A model generated the notes under the pieces. The model did no database searches. It had not been told where the DNA came from and saw only the letters and a program-made list of their open reading frames with translations. DNA of 64,000 nt from Candidatus Sumerlaeales bacterium (GTDB lineage Bacteria > Sumerlaeota > Sumerlaeia > Sumerlaeales > Sumerlaeaceae). Position numbers and translations under genes: made by a program. Below are positions 28,644-39,507 of the stretch, in pieces. Numbering within the stretch: position 1 is the stretch's first letter; each line of letters begins with the position of its first letter. The DNA lies in contig JAKFFN010000101.1 of NCBI GenBank assembly GCA_036675025.1, positions 3,975 through 67,974 of the forward strand. Reading direction: 5' to 3'.

Positions 28644-29306
28644 ATGTACTTGTATCGAGGCAAGACCTCTTGCAGCGGAAGCGCCTTTACACTCATTGAG
28701 CTGCTTATCGTGGTGGCAATCATAGCCATCCTGGCCGCAATCGCGGTCCCAAACTTCCTGGAAGCACAGACCCGCGCAAAAGTAAGCCGGGCGCGGGCCG
28801 ATATGCGAACGGAAGCAACGGCACTGGAAACCTACAGAATAGATTACAACCGGTTCCCGCGTCCGGTGGAGGCCTTTGTCGACACACCGAATTGGTACCA
28901 TTTCGCGGCTCCGGAATGGCATGAACACATGCCATCCATAATGACCACACCGGTAGCCTATTTAAGCTCCCTGCCCCTCGATCCGTTTAAACCCAAAGTT
29001 GCATCCCATCGCGAATGGTTAAAACCCTTTGAAGGACGACACTATTATTCGAGCACCGAATACTTGCTGAAACGATTGCCAACGTACTGGCTCTACCTCC
29101 TTCAACGACAGCTTGCCGGCGAATATGTATTTTTTTCCTATGGCCCTGATCAAAGCTATTACAATGAACCTCCGGGAGGTACTCCCAAAACAGAAGGACA
29201 ATATATTGATTATGATGCCACCAACGGCACAGTCAGTCGTGGCAATATTATCCGAAGCCACAAAAACGGTGACGTTTTTGGAGTAGAAGCGCGCCTTAAA
29301 TATTAG
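28644..29306 (+). CDS. GspG-like pseudopilin (prepilin-type N-terminal cleavage/methylation domain protein) with extended C-terminal domain
   Basis: ATG preceded by GAGGAGGAG. FTLIELLIVVAIIAILAAIAVPNFLEAQTRAKVSRARADMRTEATALETY matches the T2SS GspG N-terminal helix. ~220 aa versus ~140 for GspG. Confidence 0.8.
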   Translation: MYLYRGKTSCSGSAFTLIELLIVVAIIAILAAIAVPNFLEAQTRAKVSRARADMRTEATALETYRIDYNRFPRPVEAFVDTPNWYHFAAPEWHEHMPSIMTTPVAYLSSLPLDPFKPKVASHREWLKPFEGRHYYSSTEYLLKRLPTYWLYLLQRQLAGEYVFFSYGPDQSYYNEPPGGTPKTEGQYIDYDATNGTVSRGNIIRSHKNGDVFGVEARLKY

Positions 29307-29371
29307 GGTGATTGCTCCCCATGATAGAGTTCCATTGTTTATACTACGAGAATTGAACCTGAGCCGTTTTT

Positions 29372-29395
29372 GCCGTCCCGGGACTTTTTGTTTTA
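29372..29395 (+). terminator. weak terminator-like element between the two pseudopilin genes
   Basis: The GTCCCGGGAC palindrome followed by TTTTTGTTTT. Confidence 0.3.
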
Positions 29396-29543
29396 GGTCA
29401 GACCTATACACTTGACTGTCATAGTTCTTATCTCGCTAGCTCAACTTGTTAACTTATCTCAAGTCGCCAACTTCCCCAAATCTCATTCTCCGATATCATT
29501 CAGTATCACTGACTTCCCAACTTCCCACGAAGGATGATTTGTA

Positions 29544-30179
29544 ATGAATTCTCGCGCATTCACGCTCATTGAGCTACTTATTGTCGTGGCCATTATCGCC
29601 ATATTGGCAGCCATCGCAGTCCCCAATTTTCTCGAAGCACAAACTCGCGCCAAGGTCAGCCGAGCCCGCAGTGACATGCGCACTGAGGTGACGGCATTGG
29701 AATCTTACCATATTGATCATAATACCTACCCGCGCCAGATAGAAGCTTTCGTTTCCACGCCAAGCTGGGACTACGCTCAGCCGCCCCTGTGGCATGAGCA
29801 CATTCCTTCCAGCCTTACGACACCTATCGCTTACCTCAGCACTATCCCGACTGACCCGTTTAAACCCCTGGTGGCCGATTGGCGTCTTTGGCTGAAACCG
29901 TTCGAAGGACGACATTTCCTCTGGGTTTCAGACGTGGCACTGAAACGCACACCTTCGAGTGCTTTCTATAAACAATCAAAAGAGATTGGTGGCGCCTATG
30001 CGATGTTCTCGTATGGTCCGGATCGCAAGTATTACAACGAACCACCCGGCAAAGCAGCAAAGACGGCTGGCCAGTGGATTGACTATGATTCCACCAATGG
30101 CACCGTAAGCCTGGGTAACATCATCCGCAGTCAGAAAAATGGTGAAGTGTTCGGCGTAGTGCCGTCGTTCCTGTACTAA
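29544..30179 (+). CDS. GspG-like pseudopilin paralog
   Basis: About 65% identical to the upstream gene, with a near-identical N-terminal helix. Synonymous divergence indicates an old tandem duplication. Confidence 0.8.
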   Translation: MNSRAFTLIELLIVVAIIAILAAIAVPNFLEAQTRAKVSRARSDMRTEVTALESYHIDHNTYPRQIEAFVSTPSWDYAQPPLWHEHIPSSLTTPIAYLSTIPTDPFKPLVADWRLWLKPFEGRHFLWVSDVALKRTPSSAFYKQSKEIGGAYAMFSYGPDRKYYNEPPGKAAKTAGQWIDYDSTNGTVSLGNIIRSQKNGEVFGVVPSFLY

Positions 30180-30228
30180 CTTAGACTCCCTGCAATATCT
30201 CAGTTGGTTAGTTGATAGCATTGAGCAC

Positions 30229-30276
30229 AAAAAATCCCCGGGACCGCCATTGGCAGTCCCGGGGTTTATTTTTTTC
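30229..30276. terminator. bidirectional rho-independent terminator between pseudopilin gene 2 and rpoC
   Basis: AAAAAATCCCCGGGAC-cgccattggca-GTCCCGGGGTTTATTTTTTT. A 9-bp GC stem with an A-run before and a T-run after. Confidence 0.7.
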
Positions 30277-30292
30277 ATAGAGCGGCTTTCAG

Positions 30293-33200
30293 TTATACAG
30301 CCGTATCCAGTTCTTCAGTATCTTCGGCTTCTTCGCCGCCATCGGGTCCGCTTCCGTTGCCGGTCGGGTTAACGTCGATGTTACGGTATTCAGGCAGACC
30401 AGTACCCGCTGGAATCAGCAGGCCCATGATCACGTTTTCCTTCAGACCGCGGAGGAAGTCGTAACGACCACGCACCGCTGCGTCGGTAAGAACGCGTGTG
30501 GTTTCCTGGAATGATGCCGCAGAGATGAACGACTCAGTTTCAAGAGAGGCTTTGGTAAGACCCAGCAGCTTCGCGCGGCCTTTGGCCTTGGTTCCACCCT
30601 TCTCTTCCGTAAGACGGTTCTCTTCTTCGAACTCCCAGCGATCCACCTGCTGTCCGTAAAGGAAGCGCGTGTTGCCTACTTCTTCCACTACGGTCTTCTT
30701 CAGCATCTGGCGGATGATGCTCTCGATGTGCTTATCGTTAATGTTCACCTTCTGGAGGCGATACACTTCCTGCACTTCGCCCAGGAGGAACTCCATCACG
30801 GCCTTCTCGCCCTTAACTTCCAGCACGTCATGCGGGCTCGGGGTTCCGTCTGTGATGATGTCGCCAGCCTGCACTCGTTCACCATCGCGCACCACCAGGT
30901 GGCGGCTTACGGGGATCGAGTAGAGCTGCTCGTCACCATTGTCAGCGGTAATGGTGAACTTGCGTGCACCTTTCGCACTGCCCTTGATGTGGATAACACC
31001 ATCAATGCGGGCGATAACAGCAGAGTCTTTCGGCTTACGGCCTTCGAACAGTTCGTCAATGCGTGGCAGACCACCCGTGATGTCCTTGCTCTTGGTACGT
31101 GAGCGCGGAATACGGGCAAGCACCTCGCCGGCGCCAACCGTGTAACCGTCCTCGAGTTCGCGGCTGAGAATCGTGCCGGAGCTGAGGGCGTACTGGGCAA
31201 TGACTTCGCCCTTCTTGTCCACGATCTGCACCGACGGATGACGTTCATCCTTATGCTCTGAGATCAGGCGCTGAGTAACTTCTGTCTCCGGGTCGAACTC
31301 TTCCTTCAGCGTGAGACCGACTACGATATCCACCAGCTTTAGCGTGCCTGACTGTTCAGACAGGATGGGGGTGAAGTGAGGATCCCACTCAACCAGGCGA
31401 TCACCGCGCTTGACCGGCGAACCTTCGCCGACAAGGATGCGGGCGCCGTAGGGGACGCTGGGCAGGGTCTGAACAACGTTGCCGTTATCATCCTGCACAA
31501 CCATCGAGCCGCCACGGCCGATAACAACCTTGAAGCCATCCTTGTGGTCAACAGTCGTCATATCACGGAAGATGATCTTACCGTCGCTGGAAGACTGGTA
31601 CCAGCCCTCAACGTCAACCGAAGCCGTACCACCAATGTGGAAGGTACGCAGGGTCAGCTGGGTACCAGGTTCACCGATGGACTGCGCTGCGATGATGCCG
31701 ACGGCCTCGCCCAGTTCCACCATGCGGCCGGTGGAGAGGTTACGGCCATAGCACTTGCAGCAAACGCCTCGCTTTGTCTGACACGTAAGAACGCTGCGGA
31801 TCTGAACGGAACCGATACCGGACTTTTCGATCTGCTTTGCCTGAACATCGCTGATCATATCGTTCTTCTTAACGATCGTCTTGTTCGTCTCCGGATCCAC
31901 AACCTTCTGCACGGCCACACGGCCGGCAATACGATCGCTCAGCGGTTCCAGTTCACGTTCACCCGTACGCGTTACCTCGATGATGGCGCTTACGCTGATG
32001 CCGTCCTGGGTGCCACAGTCTTCCTCGGTGATGATCAGGTCCTGGGCCACGTCGCACAGGCGGCGGGTCAGGTAACCAGCGTCAGAGGTCTTCAGAGCCG
32101 TATCAGCCAGACCCTTACGTGCACCGTGGGTGGAGATGAAGTACTCAAGCACCGTAAGACCTTCGCGGAAGTTCGAGATGATCGGGCTCTCAATAATTTC
32201 ACCTACGTCACCGGTGATCTTCTTGGTAGGCTTCTGCATCAGACCGCGCATACCGGCTAGCTGACGAATCTGGGCTTCGTTACCACGAGCGCCAGACTGC
32301 GACATGATAAAGACCGGGTTTAGACCCTTCTGGTTCTTCTGCATGAGGCTCATCATCTCGGCTGCCACGGCGTCGGTTGCCAGCGACCATTCGTGAATGA
32401 TCTTCGAATAGCGCTCACCATAAGTGATCAAGCCCTTGGAGTAGTGCTTCATCACCTGGTCAACCTTCTTACGGGCTGCCTCAAGGATTTCGGCCTTGCG
32501 GGGCGGGATTACCATGTCGCCGATGGCGATGGAGATGCCTGCGATTTTCGCCTGCTGGTAACCAAGGTTCTTCATGGCGTCCAGCATCTTGGCGGTGCGC
32601 TTTGGCCCTGACAGTTTGTGAGCGACAGCTACAATCTGGCCAAGAAGGCCTTTAGTCATAACCGTGTTGCCAAAAGGCAGCTTGCTGTCGAAGTAGTTAA
32701 TCTCGTCCGGCAGAATCGCGGAGAACATGCAACGACCCGGGGTCGTCTTTATCTTCGCGCCGTCTGACATGCGGACCATAACTTCTTCGTGCAGCGTAAC
32801 CTTCTTGTGGTTAAGAGCCATAATGGCCTCTTCACGAGAAGCAAACTGCGGCATCAGGCGCTGCTTTTCCTTATCCGTCTTGGCCGCTGCATAGCGCTCT
32901 TCGTTGGGCACCATCTTGGTAATGTAGAACAGACCCAGCACCATGTCCTGTGCAGGCGTAGCAATCGGCTTACCGTTTGCAGGCGAGAGAATGTTGTTCT
33001 CTGCCAACATCAGGTTCATAGCCTCAAGCTTGGCCTCAGTGCTCAGCGGCACGTGCACAGCCATCTGGTCACCGTCGAAGTCGGCGTTGAAAGCCGTACA
33101 AGACAGCGGGTGAAGACGGATAGCCTTACCCTCAACCAGCTTCGGCATGAAAGCCTGAACGCCCAGACGGTGTAGCGTAGGTGCGCGGTTCAGCAGAACC

Positions 33201-34480
33201 GGGTGATCCTTAATAATGTCGTCAAGGATGTCGTAAACTTCCGGGGCTTCACGCTCCATCATCTTCTTGGCGGCCTTGATCGTGTTCACATAGCCGCGCG
33301 CTTCAAGCTCACGGATAATGAACGGATCGAACAGTTCCAGGGCCATCTTCTTTGGCAGACCGCACTGGTTAAAGTTCAACTCGGGACCAACCACGATTAC
33401 GGAACGGCCGGAGTAGTCAACGCGCTTACCGAGCAGGTTCTGACGGAACCGGCCCTGCTTGCCCTTCAGCATGTCGCTGAGCGACTTGAGCGGACGGTTG
33501 TTGTGGCCTTTGGTCGGGCGCGTACGGCGGCTGTTATCAAACAGCGCGTCGACGGCTTCCTGCAACATGCGCTTTTCGTTGCGCAGGATGACCTCAGGAG
33601 CTTTCAGTTCCATCAGCTTCTTCAGACGGTTGTTACGGTTGATAACACGGCGGTAAAGGTCGTTAAGATCAGAAGTCGCAAAACGGCCACCATCAAGGTG
33701 AACCAGCGGACGCAGTTCCGGCGGCAGAACCGGCAGAACTTCCATCACCATCCACTCAGGGTTGTTATCGGAGCCGCGGAAAGCCTCCACAACCTTCAGG
33801 CGCTTAATGATCTTGTTACGGCGCTGGGCGCTGGTGGCCTGGCGCATTTCGATAGCCAGCCGGGTAGCCAGTTCCTCGATGTCAATCTTCCGAAGCATTT
33901 CGCGGACAGCTTCCGCACCAATGCGCAGGTCAATCTTGTCACCGTAGACTTCGCGGTACTTGCGCACCTCGTCGTCCGTCAGGATCTGCTTTTCCTTCAG
34001 CGGAGAATCACCTGGGTTCACCACGATGAAGTTCTGGAAGTAAATAACCTTACCCAGGTCCTTCACCGAAATGTCGAGCAGGCTGGCGATACGGCTGGAT
34101 GTGCCCTTGTAGAACCAGATATGGCAGACGGGAGCAGCCAGTTTGATATGACCCATGCGCGTACGGCGCACTTTGCTCTCGATAACTTCCACACCGCAGC
34201 GATCGCAAACGATGCCCTTATACTTGATACGCTTATACTTGCCGCAGGCGCATTCCCAGTCCTTGGTCGGGCCGAAGATACGTTCGCAGAACAGGCCGTC
34301 TTTTTCCGGCTTAAAGGTACGATAGTTAATGGTTTCCGGCTTCTTGACTTCACCGAAGCTGGAGAGGTCCATGTCGTCAAAACGCGCAGTGCTCAGGCCA
34401 ATGCGGCGCTCAGCAGCACGGCTGTTACGGCGCGACCACGCAAGGATGCGGTCCGGAGAGGCAATGGTGATTCGAGCCAC
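30293..34480 (-). CDS. rpoC: DNA-directed RNA polymerase subunit beta'
   Basis: [30 protein letters not shown], the NADFDGD catalytic motif and all conserved beta' blocks. Start ambiguous: the track uses GTG at 34480 (see findings). Confidence 0.95.
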   Translation of the reverse strand: MARITIASPDRILAWSRRNSRAAERRIGLSTARFDDMDLSSFGEVKKPETINYRTFKPEKDGLFCERIFGPTKDWECACGKYKRIKYKGIVCDRCGVEVIESKVRRTRMGHIKLAAPVCHIWFYKGTSSRIASLLDISVKDLGKVIYFQNFIVVNPGDSPLKEKQILTDDEVRKYREVYGDKIDLRIGAEAVREMLRKIDIEELATRLAIEMRQATSAQRRNKIIKRLKVVEAFRGSDNNPEWMVMEVLPVLPPELRPLVHLDGGRFATSDLNDLYRRVINRNNRLKKLMELKAPEVILRNEKRMLQEAVDALFDNSRRTRPTKGHNNRPLKSLSDMLKGKQGRFRQNLLGKRVDYSGRSVIVVGPELNFNQCGLPKKMALELFDPFIIRELEARGYVNTIKAAKKMMEREAPEVYDILDDIIKDHPVLLNRAPTLHRLGVQAFMPKLVEGKAIRLHPLSCTAFNADFDGDQMAVHVPLSTEAKLEAMNLMLAENNILSPANGKPIATPAQDMVLGLFYITKMVPNEERYAAAKTDKEKQRLMPQFASREEAIMALNHKKVTLHEEVMVRMSDGAKIKTTPGRCMFSAILPDEINYFDSKLPFGNTVMTKGLLGQIVAVAHKLSGPKRTAKMLDAMKNLGYQQAKIAGISIAIGDMVIPPRKAEILEAARKKVDQVMKHYSKGLITYGERYSKIIHEWSLATDAVAAEMMSLMQKNQKGLNPVFIMSQSGARGNEAQIRQLAGMRGLMQKPTKKITGDVGEIIESPIISNFREGLTVLEYFISTHGARKGLADTALKTSDAGYLTRRLCDVAQDLIITEEDCGTQDGISVSAIIEVTRTGERELEPLSDRIAGRVAVQKVVDPETNKTIVKKNDMISDVQAKQIEKSGIGSVQIRSVLTCQTKRGVCCKCYGRNLSTGRMVELGEAVGIIAAQSIGEPGTQLTLRTFHIGGTASVDVEGWYQSSSDGKIIFRDMTTVDHKDGFKVVIGRGGSMVVQDDNGNVVQTLPSVPYGARILVGEGSPVKRGDRLVEWDPHFTPILSEQSGTLKLVDIVVGLTLKEEFDPETEVTQRLISEHKDERHPSVQIVDKKGEVIAQYALSSGTILSRELEDGYTVGAGEVLARIPRSRTKSKDITGGLPRIDELFEGRKPKDSAVIARIDGVIHIKGSAKGARKFTITADNGDEQLYSIPVSRHLVVRDGERVQAGDIITDGTPSPHDVLEVKGEKAVMEFLLGEVQEVYRLQKVNINDKHIESIIRQMLKKTVVEEVGNTRFLYGQQVDRWEFEEENRLTEEKGGTKAKGRAKLLGLTKASLETESFISAASFQETTRVLTDAAVRGRYDFLRGLKENVIMGLLIPAGTGLPEYRNIDVNPTGNGSGPDGGEEAEDTEELDTAV

Positions 34481-34810
34481 AGCATGCAGGGCGTTGAGGT
34501 CAACTTCTTCATCACGCTCGGTGCCCAGCGGGATCGAGCGATAGCGCTTTACCGGACCTTCGTCGTATGTACGTACGCCTTCAAATGCCAGTACCTCACG
34601 CGGAGTCTTCGACTCACGCTTGGTGGTACGGGCCTTTGCAGTACGTGTCTTTGCCGCTTTAGGTGCTGCTACTTCTACGTCAGCAGCTTCAGCTTTGGAT
34701 GCCTTCTTGGTAGCGATGGTAGTATCCTGCCTTTCCGGGTCGCTTATATCTTAAAACTGGTTTCGGTCATTGAGGGTTAAAGAGGGAGAGGAAACTGCAA
34801 GCCTGGCGGC

Positions 34811-37800
34811 TTACAGCTCCTCATCCTCGAAGTCGTCTCCGCCACGCTCTGCAAAGCTCACGTCTTCTTCCACGCCGCTCAGCAGTGAGTCGTAGGGGCT
34901 TTCGCCTTCATCCTCGTCTAGTATCGATTCATCTTCTGTAAGGAGTTCCATGTTAAGGCCAAGGGCCTGCAGCTCTTTCACAAGAACGTTGAAGCTCTCC
35001 GGAACGCCCGGCTTCAGGTGATTTTCACCCTTGATGATGGACTCATAGATCTTCGTACGGCCCTGAACGTCATCAGACTTAACCGTCAGAAGTTCCTGCA
35101 GCGTATAAGCTGCACCGTAGGCCTCAAGGGCCCACACTTCCATCTCACCGAAGCGCTGACCACCGAACTGCGCCTTACCACCCAGCGGCTGCTGGGTAAC
35201 CAGCGAGTACGGACCAATCGAACGAGCATGCATCTTGTCGTCGACCAGGTGAGCCAGCTTCAGGATGTACATAACACCCACAGTCACCAGGCGGTCAAAG
35301 GGTTCACCCGTCGCACCGTCAAACAGACGAACCTGTCCGGTCGGGTTAACATCCAGCAGCTTCTCTTCGTCAGAAAGACTGGAGAACTTGCGCTTGTCGC
35401 CCTTCTGCTTCATGATGTGCTCACGGGCACGAATCAGTTCCGCTTCAATCTGCGCTTCCTCGGCACCGTCGAATACCGGCGTCGCGTAAGACACGCCCAG
35501 GGCAATAGCCGCCCAGCCAAGGTGTGTTTCCAGAAGCTGACCAACGTTCATTCGCGAAGGAACACCCAGCGGGTTCAGCACGATGTCAACAGGTGTGCCA
35601 TCAACCGTGTACGGCATATCTTCCATCGGCATGATCTTGGCCACAATACCCTTGTTGCCGTGACGTCCGGCCATCTTGTCGCCAACCTGGAGTTTACGTT
35701 TTACCGCCACGTAAACCTTCACCAGTTTGATAACGCCCGGAGGCAGCTCGTCGCCCGTCTTGATACGGTCGACCTTGTTGCGTGCAACGTCGTCAATCTC
35801 GGTAACGCGAACAGAGTGCTTCTGGTAAAGACGCTTAACATCAGCGCCCGCCTGACCGTCCACAGGCAGCATGCCCGTGCGCAGGCTGCGCTTTACGTAG
35901 TTAACCGCCGACTCTGTAACCTTCTGGCCCGGCTTCAGTTCCACCTGGCCGGTTTCAAAGTTAATCACCGGCTTCTCGATGGTCTTGAGCAGTTCCTTCA
36001 GGTTCTCCGTAAACTCGATCTCGACATTCTGCAGCTCAACATCACGTTCCTTCTCGATGCTTTCGATGCGGATCTTGTCCTCACGGTCGCTCTTGGTTCC
36101 ACGTTCCTTGCGGCTGAACGCCTTGATATCCACAACGGTGCCATAGGTGCCGGGCGGCACCTTCAGCGAAGCGTCGCGTACGTCGCCGGCCTTTTCACCA
36201 AAGATCGCGCGCAGAAGCTTTTCTTCCGCCGTCAGCTCGGTCTCACCCTTAGGCGTAACCTTACCCACCAGGATGTCACCGGGGATAACTTCAGTTCCGA
36301 TAAGAACATGACCATTTTCATCCAGCTTGGCCAGGGCCTCTTCGCTTACGTTCGGGATGTCGCGGGTAATCTCTTCCTTACCCAGCTTCGTATCCCGGGC
36401 ATCCACTTCAAACTCTTCAATGTGGATCGACGTAAATACGTCTTCCTTCACCACACGCTCAGAAATGATGATAGCATCTTCGAAGTTATAGCCGCCGAAA
36501 GGCATGAAAGCCACACGCAGGTTCTGACCAACCGCCAGTTCGCCCTGGTCGATACCCGGACCATCAGCAATAACCTCATTCATATCAACCTTCTGGCCCG
36601 CCGAAACAATTGGCTTCTGGTTGATACACGTGTTCTGGTTCGAGCGCTTGTACTTGGTCAGGCGATAAGTATCCAGCTGGCCGTTCTCGTTACGAAGAAC
36701 AATCTCCGTAGCCGTTACGCGCTCAACCGTACCCTCATTGCGGGCAACCACACAGGATCCGGAGTCAATGGCGCACTTGTGCTCGATACCGGTACCAATC
36801 GTGGGAGCGTCAGTGAACAGCAGGGGCACGCCCTGCCGCATCATGTTCGATCCCATCAAGGCGCGGTTGGCGTCGTCGTGCTCAAGGAACGGAATAAGCG
36901 CCGCGGAAACCGAAACCAGCTGCTTCGGGCTCACGTCCACGTAGTCTACTTCGTTAACAGTAACCTTCGGGAAGTCGCCCCGATGGCGACTCAGCACCGT
37001 CTCGCTCTTAAAGCTCTTGCCGTCTTCGGCCACCTCAGATGCCTGCGCCACGATGTACTCATCTTCCACGTCGGCCGTCAGGTACTGCGTAGCCTTCTGC
37101 ACCACGCCATCCTTAACCTTACGGTAAGGCGACTCAATGAAACCGAACTCATTAATGCGGGCATAGGAAGCCAGCGATGAGATAAGGCCGATGTTCGGGC
37201 CTTCCGGCGTTTCAATCGGGCAGATACGTCCATAGTGGGTGTGGTGAACGTCGCGGACTTCAAAGCCTGCGCGATCGCGGCTCAAACCACCCGGTCCCAA
37301 TGCGCTCAGACGACGCTTGTGCGTCAGCTCGCTCAGCGGGTTGGTCTGGTCCATAAACTGGCTGAGCTGGCTGCGACCAAAGAAGTCTTTAACCGAGCTA
37401 ACCAGCGGCTTTGCGTTGATCAGGTTATGAGGCAGCAGGTTTTCCAGGTCCACGATAGCCATACGCTCGCGGGCCGTCTTTTCCATTTCCGTCAGGCCCA
37501 GGCGAACCTGGTTCTGCAGAAGCTCACCCACGCTGCGCACGCGGCGGTTACCCAGGTGATCGATATCGTCGATGTCCAGGTCTTCCTCAGCAATCTTCGA
37601 AAGGTGCTTAACAATAGCAACCACGTCAGAAAGCTGCAGCGTGCGGCTGCTCTCGTCTTCCAGCTTGAAGCGGCGGCTGATCTTGTGGCGGCCTACCGCA
37701 CCCAGGTCATAGCGCTTCTCGTTGAAGAACATGTCGTCAAACAGGCGCCTTGCGCTCTGCAAGCTGATCGGGTTGCCCGGACGCATGCGCTTGAAGAACT

Positions 37801-38941
37801 CGATGAGGCTCTCTTCATAGGTGCGCACCTTGTCTTTCGACATCGTGCTCATTACTACGTTAGGCTCTTCTTCGTTAACTTCAACCAGGTGGATCTTGCG
37901 CACACCGGCCTTGCCGAACTTGCGCAGCTGCGCCGTCGTGATCTTCTCAAACGTATCAGCCAGGATTTCACCCGTGCCCTGGTCCACAACATCGCGGCCC
38001 AGGATGCGGCCGATCAGATGCTCATAACCGATAGCCACGTTCAGGTGAACTTCCTTGATGCCGTGGCTCTTCAGCGCTTCCGTAGCCTTCTTCGTTACCT
38101 TGGCGCCCTTCTGCACCAGCAGCTTGCCGGTTTCAGGGTCCAGCACTTCTTCAATAAACTCATTGCCCAGGAACTTCTCAACAAGGTCTGTTACCTTAGA
38201 GGCACCCTTGGAAAAGTCATCCAGCGCAACTTCCTTCGTAGCAAAAAACTCAGATACGATCTGTTCGTCGTCCATCAGGCCGAAGCAGCGCATAAACGTG
38301 GTTGCCGGCAGCTTGCGCTTACGGTCAACCATTACATACATAACGTTGTTAATATCGACTTCGAACTCTACCCACGCGCCGCGATAAGGAATAACGCGCG
38401 CGCTGAACAGCGTCTTGCCGTTCGGGTGAATCGATGACGAAAAGCTTACGCCCGGGGAACGATGCAGCTGGGAAACGATAACGCGCTCGGCGCCGTTCAC
38501 AATGAACGTACCCTGCTCAGTCATCAGGGGAATTTCCCCCATGTACGTTTCCTGCTCTTTAATGTCTTTAATGTCGGTTTCGTTGGTTTCGATATTCGTC
38601 TCGCGCACGATCAGCTGCAGCTTAACCTTCAGCGGCGCAGCAAACGTCATCCCACGGTCGATACACTCTTTCTCAGAGTATTTCGGCGCACCAAACGAGT
38701 ACTCCACAAACTCAAGCGTGGAAGGCGTGCTTGCGCTGGTTACAGGGAATACGCTGGTAAAGGCTTCCTGGAGCCCGGCATTCTCGCGGACATCCGGCGG
38801 AACGTTGAATTGCAGGAACTCTTCATAGCTCTTCTTCTGGGTTTCCAGGAGATAAGGCATCTCCATGGTTTCCGGGATCATCGCAAAATTGATACGGTAC
38901 GAGCTGTTAGGCTCACGGCGGCTACCATTTTTCGAAGCCAT
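34811..38941 (-). CDS. rpoB: DNA-directed RNA polymerase subunit beta
   Basis: 1376 aa with conserved beta blocks throughout. Acidic C-terminus DFEDEEL. Confidence 0.97.
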   Translation of the reverse strand: MASKNGSRREPNSSYRINFAMIPETMEMPYLLETQKKSYEEFLQFNVPPDVRENAGLQEAFTSVFPVTSASTPSTLEFVEYSFGAPKYSEKECIDRGMTFAAPLKVKLQLIVRETNIETNETDIKDIKEQETYMGEIPLMTEQGTFIVNGAERVIVSQLHRSPGVSFSSSIHPNGKTLFSARVIPYRGAWVEFEVDINNVMYVMVDRKRKLPATTFMRCFGLMDDEQIVSEFFATKEVALDDFSKGASKVTDLVEKFLGNEFIEEVLDPETGKLLVQKGAKVTKKATEALKSHGIKEVHLNVAIGYEHLIGRILGRDVVDQGTGEILADTFEKITTAQLRKFGKAGVRKIHLVEVNEEEPNVVMSTMSKDKVRTYEESLIEFFKRMRPGNPISLQSARRLFDDMFFNEKRYDLGAVGRHKISRRFKLEDESSRTLQLSDVVAIVKHLSKIAEEDLDIDDIDHLGNRRVRSVGELLQNQVRLGLTEMEKTARERMAIVDLENLLPHNLINAKPLVSSVKDFFGRSQLSQFMDQTNPLSELTHKRRLSALGPGGLSRDRAGFEVRDVHHTHYGRICPIETPEGPNIGLISSLASYARINEFGFIESPYRKVKDGVVQKATQYLTADVEDEYIVAQASEVAEDGKSFKSETVLSRHRGDFPKVTVNEVDYVDVSPKQLVSVSAALIPFLEHDDANRALMGSNMMRQGVPLLFTDAPTIGTGIEHKCAIDSGSCVVARNEGTVERVTATEIVLRNENGQLDTYRLTKYKRSNQNTCINQKPIVSAGQKVDMNEVIADGPGIDQGELAVGQNLRVAFMPFGGYNFEDAIIISERVVKEDVFTSIHIEEFEVDARDTKLGKEEITRDIPNVSEEALAKLDENGHVLIGTEVIPGDILVGKVTPKGETELTAEEKLLRAIFGEKAGDVRDASLKVPPGTYGTVVDIKAFSRKERGTKSDREDKIRIESIEKERDVELQNVEIEFTENLKELLKTIEKPVINFETGQVELKPGQKVTESAVNYVKRSLRTGMLPVDGQAGADVKRLYQKHSVRVTEIDDVARNKVDRIKTGDELPPGVIKLVKVYVAVKRKLQVGDKMAGRHGNKGIVAKIMPMEDMPYTVDGTPVDIVLNPLGVPSRMNVGQLLETHLGWAAIALGVSYATPVFDGAEEAQIEAELIRAREHIMKQKGDKRKFSSLSDEEKLLDVNPTGQVRLFDGATGEPFDRLVTVGVMYILKLAHLVDDKMHARSIGPYSLVTQQPLGGKAQFGGQRFGEMEVWALEAYGAAYTLQELLTVKSDDVQGRTKIYESIIKGENHLKPGVPESFNVLVKELQALGLNMELLTEDESILDEDEGESPYDSLLSGVEEDVSFAERGGDDFEDEEL

Positions 38942-39354
38942 ATTAAGACAGATTCCTCCTTGGCCGCTCCATCAGGAGTCCGGCACGGGCGAAGCAGGTT
39001 TTGGCAAAGGGTCCCGGGCACGCGCCATCCACAACGCTCACGCGCATAGACGCAAATCCTCCAAGGCACACGGGTTCCAAAGCAAGTAATCCTACCCCAG
39101 CCAGGCTTCCCATATTCTCAACAAAATTCGGGCCAACCGGGAGATGAAAGGCATCTCCCCTATGGAGTGGTGTTAGCCCTACCCTCCCCATCGACGAATG
39201 CAAGCATTTTTCTAACGGGGTCCGTCACCTTCTGCATCCAAGCTGCCCAGCCCTGCACTTGCGACCCTTGATACCGTGGCGAACTCTGGAGTAACTTGCT
39301 CCAGGCGCGAAACACGCAAAAGCTGTCGGCTGCGTCTTTCCTTGATTTCGAAAC

Positions 39355-39383
39355 TTGACAATTCCCCCTGCCTTGTTAAGTTT
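39355..39383 (+). promoter_or_regulatory. candidate sigma70-type promoter for the beta-helix gene
   Basis: TTGACA at 39355-39360. A weak -10-like TAAGTT ~16-17 nt downstream. In a 565-bp divergent region between rpoB and the beta-helix gene. Confidence 0.25.
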
Positions 39384-39507
39384 CTTTTGGTGGCCCGGAG
39401 CCCTCAGTTGCGACTCTGCAAAGACATCAAGAGACAGCCTCATGCTGAGACGCACAAGATTCAAATCTTTTGTTAGCAAATATCAAGCAAGTCAAAAGGA
39501 GTTCAGC

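Noticed and set aside
31376-38437. Large + strand ORFs antisense to rpoC/rpoB (31376..32260, 33203..34780, 35018..37180, 37235..38437)
   Set aside because: These are shadow ORFs on the opposite strand of highly conserved, GC3-rich RNAP genes. They have no homology signal and an implausible composition (R/L/V/H-rich).
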